Shown here: positions 26,118 through 35,113 of the stretch, in pieces | How positions within the stretch are numbered: the stretch's first letter is position 1 | How the letters are laid out: each line of letters starts with the position of its first letter | NCBI GenBank assembly: GCA_037190805.1 | Contig: JBBCJR010000021.1 | Span: 32,735 to 96,734 of the forward strand | Direction: 5' to 3' | Length of the DNA: 64,000 nt | Origin: Sphingomonas sanxanigenens | GTDB taxonomy: Bacteria > Pseudomonadota > Alphaproteobacteria > Sphingomonadales > Sphingomonadaceae | Made by a program: the position numbers and the translations under genes | The notes under the pieces: generated by a model | Database searches by the model: none | What the model saw: only the letters and a program-made list of their open reading frames with translations | Told to the model about the DNA's origin: nothing

Positions 26118-26387
26118 ATGGGCTCGCTGCAATTTCGCTAAAGACGATGGACCCGGAGATGCAGGCTTAAATCACGGCGAGGGATGTCGGAAGCGAGGGC
26201 GTGGCGCCAGAGAACGAGAGGCCCACGTCGTTCGAAGCGCGGTCCCAACTCTACGATGTCTGAACGTTTCCGTAATGACCTGGTTGGTCGGAGTAGGCGC
26301 CCTTCTCAGCTTCCCGGCAGGTTTTCGGCCGCTGGCAATGCCCTGCTGGCCAGGCGTGCCAAAGAGGATTATCGGACACGCATCCCT

Positions 26388-27335
26388 ATGACCCAGCCCG
26401 CCCGTTCCGTCCGCGTCGCCGCCCTCTACAAGTTCGCGCCGTTCGAGGATTGCGACGCGAAGCAGCGTGCGCTCGCGGCGCTCTGCTCCGCGAACGACAT
26501 CAAGGGCACACTCCTTATCGCGCACGAGGGCATCAACGGCACGATCGCGGGCAGCGACGCGAGCATCGAAGCTGTGCTGGCTCATATCCGCGCGCTCCCC
26601 GGCTGCGGCGATCTCGACGTGAAGACTTCGTGGGCTGACCGCCTACCGTTTCATCGCATGAAGGTCCGCATCAAGCGGGAGATCGTGACGATGGGCCAGC
26701 CGGACATCGACCCGCTCACCGACGCCGGTCATTATGTCGCGCCCGAGGATTGGAACGCCCTGATCGCCGATCCGGCCACGATCGTGATCGACACGCGCAA
26801 TGATTATGAAGTCGCTATCGGCACCTTTGCTGGTGCGATCGATCCGGAGACGAAAGCGTTCCGGGATTTCCCCGGCTGGTTTCGCGCGCGGCGGGAAGCC
26901 CTGATCGGCGAGGACACGCCTCCCAAGATCGCGATGTTCTGCACCGGCGGGATACGCTGTGAGAAAGCCACTGCCTTCCTCAAGGCCGAGGGCCTCGATC
27001 AGGTCTATCACCTCAAGGGCGGCATCCTGAAGTATCTGGAGATGGTGTCGCCCCAGGATAGCCTCTGGCGCGGCGAGTGCTTCGTCTTCGATCAGCGCGT
27101 TGCCGTCACCCATGATCTGGCGCCGGGTTCGCAAGAGCTATGTCATGCATGCCGTCGCCCGGTCGGCAAGGAGAGCCGTCTGTCGCCGCTCTATACCGCA
27201 GGCGTGAGTTGCCCCGCCTGCCATCACGAACGAACGGAAGAGCAACGCGCCGGCTATGCCGAACGCCATCGCCAGACCTTGCTCGCCGCCCGGCGCGGTG
27301 ACAGCCATATCGGTCCGATGCCCGCGGGCCAGTGA
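26388..27335 (+). CDS. trhO: Rhodanese-domain tRNA U34 hydroxylase TrhO (YceA/UPF0176)
   Basis: ATG 26388. [22 protein letters not shown], rhodanese loop [10 protein letters not shown], and C-terminal Cys pairs CHACRRP...CPACHHE. Confidence 0.8.
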   Translation: MTQPARSVRVAALYKFAPFEDCDAKQRALAALCSANDIKGTLLIAHEGINGTIAGSDASIEAVLAHIRALPGCGDLDVKTSWADRLPFHRMKVRIKREIVTMGQPDIDPLTDAGHYVAPEDWNALIADPATIVIDTRNDYEVAIGTFAGAIDPETKAFRDFPGWFRARREALIGEDTPPKIAMFCTGGIRCEKATAFLKAEGLDQVYHLKGGILKYLEMVSPQDSLWRGECFVFDQRVAVTHDLAPGSQELCHACRRPVGKESRLSPLYTAGVSCPACHHERTEEQRAGYAERHRQTLLAARRGDSHIGPMPAGQ

Positions 27336-27478
27336 GCCCGCTGTCGATCCTCTGATCGCTCCACCATAAATCCTATGGATCGGCGCAAGAGCTTGGGTTG
27401 CCGACAAGCGAGACATCCCAAGTGCTGCACGAGGTCAAATATGCGCCTCTCGAAGCGAAGGTGCTTCCGCCATGTCGT

Positions 27479-27676
27479 TCCCGCTACGCCGGACGAGAAG
27501 GTGGAGGGTACCCCGTCATAGGCATAATCGAGGACAAAGCCGCGGGCCCGATAGTCGGGATTGGAGCCGTCGAACGTCATGACCGAAACCCTCGCCACCT
27601 TCTGTATGGCTTCGCCAATGGTGAAAAGGTTGCGGTCCTCGATCTGGCGGGTGGTTATGACGCTGATCGAGATGGG
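27479..27676 (-). pseudogene. TonB-dependent receptor plug-domain fragment
   Basis: ISISVITTRQIEDRNLFTIGEAIQKVARVSVMTFDGSNPDYRARGFVLDYAYDGVPSTF is a plug segment. No signal peptide, TonB box or barrel accompanies it, and the rest of the 206-aa track ORF is featureless. Confidence 0.6.
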
Positions 27677-27963
27677 GGCGTTGCAGGAAGCCCCATATTT
27701 TCGCGGGTCGCTAAGCAACGTTGGGCTGGCCATGCAAAATATGAGGCCGCAAGACCGGCGATCAACGCTGTGCGATCTGGTTTGATATCGAGGTAGAATA
27801 TCCGGATCATCCTGGATCAGGAAAGACGGCACAGGAGGGTTCTGTCCGCGCATCGGATGTAAGGACTGCGCCAAACGTACCCTTCACCTTTTGCATGACT
27901 GGCGATAGGCTTCTGGATCGGCTGCCACCATGATCGAAAGATCCAGCAAGGAGCCTGTGACCG

Positions 27964-28902
27964 ATGACCCTATCCCGTCGTAACTTTCTGGGTGCTTACC
28001 TTGGCGCAGGTGTCGCCCTGGCGGTGCAGCCCGGTTGGCTGTTCGCTCAAACACCAGGGGCGCAGCCGCTCATTACCCGACCAATCCCAAAAACCGGCGA
28101 GCTTCTCCCTGTCGTCGGCCTCGGGACCAATCGCTACGGCGTGCAGACCGAGGCGGAGATCGCTCCGCTGCGCGAAGTGATCCGGCTGCTCGTCGAGAAT
28201 GGCGCCAGCCTCATCGACACGTCACGGGTCTATGGGCGCGGGCAGTCCGAGAAGGTGATCGGTCAGATCATTGAGGGGCTGGGCGTGCGGGATCGTGTGT
28301 TCATCACGTCCAAGGTCAGGGCAACCAGCCGTGAACAAGCGCTGTCGGAGCTGGAGGCGTCATTCGCGTCGCTCGGCGTCGACCATGTCCAGGCAATGCT
28401 TGTGCAGAGCCTTGGCGGAACGGAATTCGTGCTGCCGGTCTTGCGGGAATGGAAGCAGGCCAAGCGGATCAAGTATATCGGCGGCAGCACGTCCGATGCC
28501 CGGCAATACCCAGAGGTGGAAAGACTGCTCATGAATGAGGATCTGGACATCATCCAGATCGATTATTCGGTGGTCAATCGCGGCGCGGCGGTGCGCATCC
28601 TGCCGTTGGCGCAGGAGCGGGGGGTCGCGATCCAGATCAACCGACCGCTCAGTGGTCGCGATGGTAATGTCATTCCCAAGGTGGCCAGTCGGCCGCTTCC
28701 CGACTTCGCCAAGGACATCGGGGCGACAAGCTGGGCCCAGATCTGCCTGAAATACAATCTGTCGCACCCGGCGGTGACCGCGGTCATTCCCGGCGTCACC
28801 AATCCCCGGCATATCGTGGACAATCTCGGAGCAGGTCGAGGCCCGCTGCCTGATGCCGACATCCGCCGACGGATCGAACGGATATTCGATGAGTTCGTCT
28901 AG
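27964..28902 (+). CDS. Aldo/keto reductase with twin-arginine (Tat) signal peptide
   Basis: 312 aa. SRRNFLGAYLGAGVALAV...FAQ matches the Tat consensus. AKR-like body: LIDTSRVYGRGQSEKVIG and IPGVTNPRHIVDNL. Confidence 0.8.
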   Translation: MTLSRRNFLGAYLGAGVALAVQPGWLFAQTPGAQPLITRPIPKTGELLPVVGLGTNRYGVQTEAEIAPLREVIRLLVENGASLIDTSRVYGRGQSEKVIGQIIEGLGVRDRVFITSKVRATSREQALSELEASFASLGVDHVQAMLVQSLGGTEFVLPVLREWKQAKRIKYIGGSTSDARQYPEVERLLMNEDLDIIQIDYSVVNRGAAVRILPLAQERGVAIQINRPLSGRDGNVIPKVASRPLPDFAKDIGATSWAQICLKYNLSHPAVTAVIPGVTNPRHIVDNLGAGRGPLPDADIRRRIERIFDEFV

Positions 28903-29250
28903 GCTGAGACAAAATAGACCCTTACTAGTAAGTATCAAGTCGTAGAAGAGCATTGTCGTAAATTCGATCGCTATCTAGGTCCTTTGTGCAGGCGTCTGGT
29001 ACTGTGGTGGGTGATGAATTTCTCATCGACGAGGTGCGGCGTATCGTTGGTACACGATTGATATTACTATAATGGATGCACTCAATTAACTGGCAGAAAA
29101 GTGCTGCAGGGATTTTTCGGGCAAGCCGGAGGTGCTGCAGCGTAAATGCACGATATTCCTATGTGCGATCATCACATATAAGGGGCCGGATGCGCCTTGC
29201 CGAATCCACTTGGCCTCCGGGGAGCAATCAACCCAGTGGGGAGCAGGCAT

Positions 29251-30558
29251 ATGACTCGTGCATTCCGTGTTCCTGGCCTTTGCCTAGGCGTCGCACTTGC
29301 CTTTGCGCTGCTGAGCACCGGTGCATCCGCGGTTACGGTGCCGAACGGCCTCAAGGGCCAGGGGATGGAGCATTTGTACGGCAGCTATGCGCCGCGCGGT
29401 GACTGCTCCGTCGAGCCGCGCATCATGATCGACGATGCCGGCTTCACCTTTCGCGCCAATGGCCGCACGGTCGTCCAGCGCACCGTGGAATATGCGGCGA
29501 GCTTCATGGGCCAGAGCTATGAAGGTATAGCTATGGTCTTCTTCCCCTTCCCGGCAGGCGAATTCAACTTCGGCCCGGTGCTGTTGACAGTAAACCATGA
29601 CGAGAAGCGCGGCATCATCCGTGTCGAAAGCAATCTGGAGCCCGGTCAGCGCGCAGATCCATTCCATGCCGCGTTCACCGGCGCTGCGGTCTTCACGCTC
29701 TGCAAGGGCACCGCGCCTGCCGGCACCCCGGAGCCGCCCCGGCCCGAGCAAGCGGTCGTCGTGCCGGGAACCCCGCTGGAATGGACCAATCTGCCGGCAC
29801 TCGTGGGCAGATATCCGGGCAACTACAGTCGCGATAATATCGACCTGTTCGACAAGGGCGCGGTGGCCGCCGCGCTTAAGAGCCGGCTCGGCCCCAAGAT
29901 GGAGGTGCTCAAGGTCAATCTCCAGACCACGGGGCCGTTGGAGCGGCAGGGCAATCTCTATTTCATCAGCGGCAATGCCCCGCACAAGGGTGGAGAGGAA
30001 CAGGCCTATGTGCTGATCGACCCATCGCGGCGGGTGGTGCAGGTGGGTTTGTGGGAAAAGGGCAGGCTCACTGTCTATCCACCTGCGAGCGGCGCGCGCA
30101 TCCCTCCGCCCGTCGACATTGCGAAAATGCTTGCCAACAGCCCGCCCGAAACCGCCGTGCCGTTGCCCGGCACGCCTTGGGAGGTGGTGCCCGTGCAAGG
30201 GCGCGCTCCGATCGCCTATGTGAGTGCCGCCGGTTCGCCTAACATTGAATCGCTCAGCCTCTATTGCGAGAATGGCCGGCCCTATATGGCACTGCTGCTC
30301 AACAAACCGTCGCGCGCGACGGCTCTCACCATGACGTGGAATTTCTCGGGCAGGCTGGTCAACATCCCCGTACAGCGCGCCAACAACGGCGGCACGCAAT
30401 GGATCGGTGCGGCCACCGGGACGCCGTTGGTTTCCTTGCTCACGCAGCAGAAAGGCACAGTTATGCTGCGCCTCAATGGCCAGCTCGAAGGCGAGGCTTC
30501 GCTCACCAATTCGACGGCGGTGCTGCGCACGGCGCTGCAATCCTGCGTGAGGCTTTGA
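29251..30558 (+). CDS. Secreted hypothetical protein (435 aa)
   Basis: ATG 29251 with SD GGGGAG. Signal peptide MTRAFRVPGLCLGVALAFALLSTGASA. Pro-rich linker GTAPAGTPEPPRPEQ. No family recognised. Confidence 0.6.
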   Translation: MTRAFRVPGLCLGVALAFALLSTGASAVTVPNGLKGQGMEHLYGSYAPRGDCSVEPRIMIDDAGFTFRANGRTVVQRTVEYAASFMGQSYEGIAMVFFPFPAGEFNFGPVLLTVNHDEKRGIIRVESNLEPGQRADPFHAAFTGAAVFTLCKGTAPAGTPEPPRPEQAVVVPGTPLEWTNLPALVGRYPGNYSRDNIDLFDKGAVAAALKSRLGPKMEVLKVNLQTTGPLERQGNLYFISGNAPHKGGEEQAYVLIDPSRRVVQVGLWEKGRLTVYPPASGARIPPPVDIAKMLANSPPETAVPLPGTPWEVVPVQGRAPIAYVSAAGSPNIESLSLYCENGRPYMALLLNKPSRATALTMTWNFSGRLVNIPVQRANNGGTQWIGAATGTPLVSLLTQQKGTVMLRLNGQLEGEASLTNSTAVLRTALQSCVRL

Positions 30559-30691
30559 CATGAAGGCGATAAGCAAACCCCGCACATTGCCCGCGCTATA
30601 AGCCGCCGTTTTGCCAGCGGCTGCATGCCTGAGGTCCGAGCGCGCCCGTTTTCATCTGTCTTTGGCCTTATGTGGCCGAAAGGAAATGACG

Positions 30692-33022
30692 ATGAGTTTG
30701 AAGTGGATGTCCGTTTCCGTGATGGCGATCCTGGCGGCCGCGTTGCCGGCTCTGGCTCAGACGGCCCGGACACCTCAAACGCCGTCGTTCGCGGAACTGG
30801 CGCGTGGCTCCCTGTCCCAGCTGTCGGGCACGCTCACTCTGCCGGGGCTGCAACAGCCGGTGGAAGTCATCCGCGATGGCTTCGGCGTGCCGCACATCTA
30901 TGCGCGGAACACGCACGACCTGTTCTTTGCCCAGGGCTTTGTCATTGCTCAAGATCGTCTGTGGCAAATGGAGATGACGCGTCACGTTACCCAGGGACGG
31001 GTCAGCGAACTCATCGGCGAGGCCGGCCTGCCGCATGACCGGCTGGTTCGCACGCTTCGGTTTCGCGGCCCGTTCGACGATGCGGAGTGGACCAATTATC
31101 ACCCAGAGGCCCGCTTGATCCTGCAAGCCTATGTCGCGGGGGTGAATGCTTATATCGCGCAGGCTGGCGACAATCTGCCGGTCGAATTCAAGCTGACTGG
31201 CCATCGACCCCAGCCTTGGGCCGTTGAGGAGATTCTGACTCGCGCCCGCGTGTCCGCCGCTGTTGGTGCGGCCCAACAGGAGCTTCGCTTGGCTCGCGAC
31301 GTGGCCGCTCTGGGCGCCGAGGAGGCCAACCGCCGTGCGGCACCGGACCCCCATGGCGAACTCGTTCCGGCCAGCGGCGTTGATTTCGCCCTGATCAACG
31401 ATGAGGTCATCAATTCGTTGAATGGCGAGTTCCGGGGCGACTTTCCTCGTCCCGACCTGCTGCCGGTCTACGAAAGTCTGCGTCAGGCCTGGGCAAACCT
31501 CAATGAGGGCGCCCCCGAGCTGGCCCCCGGAAGCAACAACTGGGCGGTTCGCGGTGCTCTTACGGCCAGCGGCTCAGCCATTATGGTCGACGATCCGCAC
31601 CGTCAGGTGACTTTGCCTGCCTGGCGTTACCTGATTCATCTGAACGCGCCGACCTGGAACGTCATCGGTGCGACAGAGCCCGGCCTGCCGGGTGTCATTC
31701 GAGGTCATAACGGCCATGTCTCATGGGGCCGTACCGCAACCGGTACGGACGAGGCCGATGTCTATATTGAGACGCTCAATCCCCAGAACCCGGACGAACT
31801 GCTTTGGCGCGGCGCCTGGGAACCGGTCCGCGTCGAGACCGAGGTGATCCGCGTCCGCGGTGGTGAACCCGTGCTCCATCGGGTTCGTATCGGCCGCCAT
31901 GGGCCGCTTTTCTTCCAGGATAGCGCCAACAATGTCGCTTATGCCCTGCGTTCCTCGCTGCATGAGCAGGGCACAGCCGAATATATCGGCGCTCTGCGAT
32001 TGAACCAGGCTTCGGGCGCGCGCGACTGTCTGGAGATGGGGCGCTATGTGAAGAGCCCGCCCACCAATCTGGTCTGCGCCGACGTCTCAGGAAATATCGG
32101 CTTTCAGGTCACGGCAGCGGCTCCCGATCGCCCCAACTGGAATGGCAGGCTGCCGGTGCCGGGCGCGGGTGGTGACTATGAATGGCGAGGTCTGCGGCCA
32201 TCAGAGGATCTGCCACGCGAATATAATCCCGAACGCAATTTCATCGCCACCGCGAACAACAATATCCATCCGACCGGATGGGCTCGCCCGCTGTTCTACA
32301 ACAAGAAGCCGCCCTACTGGCGTGTTGACCGGATTGCCGAACTGCTTGAGGCGGGACAAGATTTCACGCCCCAGGACATGGTTGCCATTCTAAGGGATAA
32401 TTTCCGGGGCGCCTCGATCGAGTGGCGCCCCCGCTTCGCTGGCTGGACAGCTGCTGATCCCCGTGTCGATGCAGCGCGTCAGGCCGTCGCCGAATGGGAC
32501 GGGATGATGGTTCGGCAAAGCATGGGCGCAGCTGTCTTCCATCTTTGGCTGCGCGAGATTGATCCCGCCGCCGTCCGCGTCGCCACGCCTGATCAGGCAC
32601 GCGTTCTGGTCGAAGATGCCTTGAGCCGGGTTGTGGAGGAGATGACGCGGACACAGGGGACGGACATGGCCCAGTGGCGCTATGGACGCATCCATACGAG
32701 CGTCTTCGCCCACCCGCGGGTCAGCGCCTATGATCTGCCCGACATGGAGCGAGACGGCGGCCTCGACACCGTCAACGCAACGGGCAGCGTCTACCGGCTG
32801 GTGACGGATTTCTCTGACCTGGACGCTTCTCTGGTGACGCTCGGTCCCGGCCAGTCGGGTCAGCCTGAAAGCCCTTATTACAGCAATCTTCTGGAAGACT
32901 GGCGCGAGGGGCGGTTCTTCAAGCTGCACTACTCGCGCCAAGCCGTGGAAGCCAATCGCAGGCACGTCCTGACCCTGACGCCTTCCGTGGTTCCAACCAG
33001 TCTCGGTGGGACCTCCCGCTGA
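30692..33022 (+). CDS. Penicillin-acylase-family (S45, Ntn-hydrolase) periplasmic amidase
   Basis: ATG 30692 with SD AAAGGA 7 nt upstream, and a signal peptide. GFGVPHIYA, DRLWQME, and the nucleophile context APGSNNWAV typical of the penicillin amidase family (which includes AHL and pyoverdine acylases). Confidence 0.85.
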   Translation: MSLKWMSVSVMAILAAALPALAQTARTPQTPSFAELARGSLSQLSGTLTLPGLQQPVEVIRDGFGVPHIYARNTHDLFFAQGFVIAQDRLWQMEMTRHVTQGRVSELIGEAGLPHDRLVRTLRFRGPFDDAEWTNYHPEARLILQAYVAGVNAYIAQAGDNLPVEFKLTGHRPQPWAVEEILTRARVSAAVGAAQQELRLARDVAALGAEEANRRAAPDPHGELVPASGVDFALINDEVINSLNGEFRGDFPRPDLLPVYESLRQAWANLNEGAPELAPGSNNWAVRGALTASGSAIMVDDPHRQVTLPAWRYLIHLNAPTWNVIGATEPGLPGVIRGHNGHVSWGRTATGTDEADVYIETLNPQNPDELLWRGAWEPVRVETEVIRVRGGEPVLHRVRIGRHGPLFFQDSANNVAYALRSSLHEQGTAEYIGALRLNQASGARDCLEMGRYVKSPPTNLVCADVSGNIGFQVTAAAPDRPNWNGRLPVPGAGGDYEWRGLRPSEDLPREYNPERNFIATANNNIHPTGWARPLFYNKKPPYWRVDRIAELLEAGQDFTPQDMVAILRDNFRGASIEWRPRFAGWTAADPRVDAARQAVAEWDGMMVRQSMGAAVFHLWLREIDPAAVRVATPDQARVLVEDALSRVVEEMTRTQGTDMAQWRYGRIHTSVFAHPRVSAYDLPDMERDGGLDTVNATGSVYRLVTDFSDLDASLVTLGPGQSGQPESPYYSNLLEDWREGRFFKLHYSRQAVEANRRHVLTLTPSVVPTSLGGTSR

Positions 33023-33184
33023 ATGAGCGCGGAGCCGGGTTGCTGGAAAACGGATTGTATATCGGCGGCTGCGCATCCTGTTTCGTCGTCACTGGCCTGC
33101 CTCCTGAAAGGTGATCCCTATTGAGAGTTAGAAACCGGCTATTTTACGCTTTTACGCTTGGAAGGAGCGAGGAATGGCATGGCC

Positions 33185-33525
33185 GAACTACACTTCGGAG
33201 CAGATCATCAGGATGCTTCGGCACGCGGCCGTCTCTGACTGAATGACGGATTGCGTGTGCGGTTACGCCCGCAATATGGGGACACGTCTAGAGCACGACT
33301 TCGTCGCCGACCGCGCGCATGAAGGGAAGGCGTTCCGAATGCTGACCGTGATCGATGAACACAGCCGGGAGTGCCGGGCGATCCATGTGCAGGGCCAGCT
33401 CAAGAGCGATGATGTCGTTCACTAGACACGGGCCTCCGGGCATATCAGGTCGGAGAATGGCGCGGAGTTTACGGCGATCGCGGTGCGGGAATGGTTCGGT
33501 CGGATCGAGGTGAAGACGCTCTCGG
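33185..33525 (+). mobile_element. IS3-family transposase remnant (deleted and frameshifted)
   Basis: Three out-of-frame pieces: TSEQIIRMLRHAAV (orfA-like), then LEHDFVADRAHEGKAFRMLTVIDEHSRECRAIHV and GHIRSENGAEFTAIAVREWFGRIEVKTL (orfB integrase core). Internal stops are present and no element ends are visible. Confidence 0.7.
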
Positions 33526-33929
33526 GCTATTGCAACCTCTTCCCGATCATATGGCCAACGCTACACCCGTCAGATCGAACGATGCGATATCCTCGAATTG
33601 GTAGCTGGGGCTATCGAACGTGGCGCAGCCTATCAGGCCGGTCCGGCGGTGATGAGAACTCTCAAGCTGTGATATCGCGTGCATGGAAGGCGCAGACTGC
33701 GCCGCCAGATGGTGGTGGGCCGCTGGCCACGCCTAACGCGGTGTTCACGATCACCAGTATCGCCCATGGCAATGGCACCTCGGCGATCCTGTTCGCGGTA
33801 GGCTGCGGGGACACGTTGGACTGCGATGGGGAAGGGCGGTTGAGCCTGGAGCGGTTACCTGCGCTGGCGATCGAGGGTATGACCTTCAAGGGCGCGCACC
33901 ACCAGCCTCCTCGGGGTCCTTATTTATAT

Positions 33930-33943
33930 ATTGCGAATCATTA
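33930..33943. promoter_or_regulatory. Fur-box-like motif ATTGCGAATCATTA upstream of the esterase-receptor operon
   Basis: Lies 44-57 nt upstream of ATG 33987. The extended 19-mer TATATTGCGAATCATTAGC matches about 14 of 19 positions of GATAATGATAATCATTATC. A near-identical 14-mer occurs at 44775-44788, upstream of another TonB receptor. Confidence 0.3.
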
Positions 33944-33986
33944 GCGATACATTATGACGCGCCCCACATATTGAGGGGCATCGAAC

Positions 33987-35048
33987 ATGGGTGGCAAAAG
34001 CGCATTCCTCGCCAGACTGGGCCTGTGCCTGCTGGCGGGCATATCCTGTACTCATGCCGTATGGGCCGAGGGTGTTACGCCGGTGGAAGATGTTCCGGCG
34101 GCTGGCATGCAGGTGGGCAACTCACCTTTCGAACGCGCGGTCGGTCCCACGATCCTCAACCGGGGCAGCGAACTCTACGCCTTTTCGTCCTTCAAGCTCG
34201 AGTCCGAGGACGGCGAGCGGCATTACTGGGTGCAGATCGGCATTCCCAAGCGCCCCGCGCCGCGCAAAGGCTATCCCGTCATCTATATGGTGGACGGCAA
34301 TGCCGCGATGGGGTTGATCAGCGACCCGGAGGTGGAAGCGCTCGACACTCTGTCGCCGCCTGTCCTCGTCGCCATCGGCTATGACACCTATGCGCGCGTC
34401 AGCACGCTGTCCCGGGCCTATGACTACACGCCTCCGATCGTGCAGGACGGCAAGCCGATCGCGCCGATCGTGCGCGGACGGCCGGGCGGCGGTGCCGAAA
34501 TTTTCGCGACACTCATCGAACGGACCATCAAGCCCCGCGTCGAGGCGATGGCGAAGATCGACCGCGGCCAACAGACCCTGTGGGGACACTCCTATGGCGG
34601 GCTGTTCACGCTCTACATGCTTCATGCTCACCCGGATTATTATCAGCGCTATGCCGCCGGTGATGCATCGCTCTGGTATCATGACGGCGAACTGGCCCAT
34701 GCGCTGATCGCCACGCCGGCCGGTGCCCTTGCCGGCAAGACCGTGCGTCTGATGAGCGGTGGGGGGCGCACTGCCGCGAGAAATCAGTCTCAAGCCCAGC
34801 CGAGACAGTCCGAGGCGCGTCCCCAGGCTGCGGCGCCCACGCCGACACCACAGCCGCCGCGCCTGCCTGACACCAGCAGGGGTCTGCCGCGCCTGCCGGA
34901 TGCGATGGAAAAGGTGCTTGCCGGCCTGCGCAACGGCGGCGCGGCCGTCAGCTATCGCCAGTTCCCCGGCCTCAACCATGGGGAGATGATGCGCGCCTCA
35001 CTGCTCCCGGCTCTGACGCTGGCAGCGCGACCACAGGATACGGACTGA
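33987..35048 (+). CDS. Secreted esterase of the IroE/Fes-like siderophore-esterase type
   Basis: 353 aa with signal peptide. VIYMVDGNA and nucleophile elbow LWGHSYGGLF. The siderophore receptor gene follows 65 nt downstream. Confidence 0.7.
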   Translation: MGGKSAFLARLGLCLLAGISCTHAVWAEGVTPVEDVPAAGMQVGNSPFERAVGPTILNRGSELYAFSSFKLESEDGERHYWVQIGIPKRPAPRKGYPVIYMVDGNAAMGLISDPEVEALDTLSPPVLVAIGYDTYARVSTLSRAYDYTPPIVQDGKPIAPIVRGRPGGGAEIFATLIERTIKPRVEAMAKIDRGQQTLWGHSYGGLFTLYMLHAHPDYYQRYAAGDASLWYHDGELAHALIATPAGALAGKTVRLMSGGGRTAARNQSQAQPRQSEARPQAAAPTPTPQPPRLPDTSRGLPRLPDAMEKVLAGLRNGGAAVSYRQFPGLNHGEMMRASLLPALTLAARPQDTD

Positions 35049-35113
35049 ACCGACGCCTGCGGCCAGGACGCCCTGTGCCGCCGTCCTTTTCCTCCACGAA
35101 ACGGATCCAAGAG

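Noticed and set aside
33526-33986. 153-aa plus-strand and 75-aa minus-strand ORFs between the IS3 relic and the esterase gene
   Set aside because: They have no SD and no motifs. The plus-strand ORF begins inside the transposase remnant. The region is more likely decayed or regulatory DNA, and it contains the Fur-like box.
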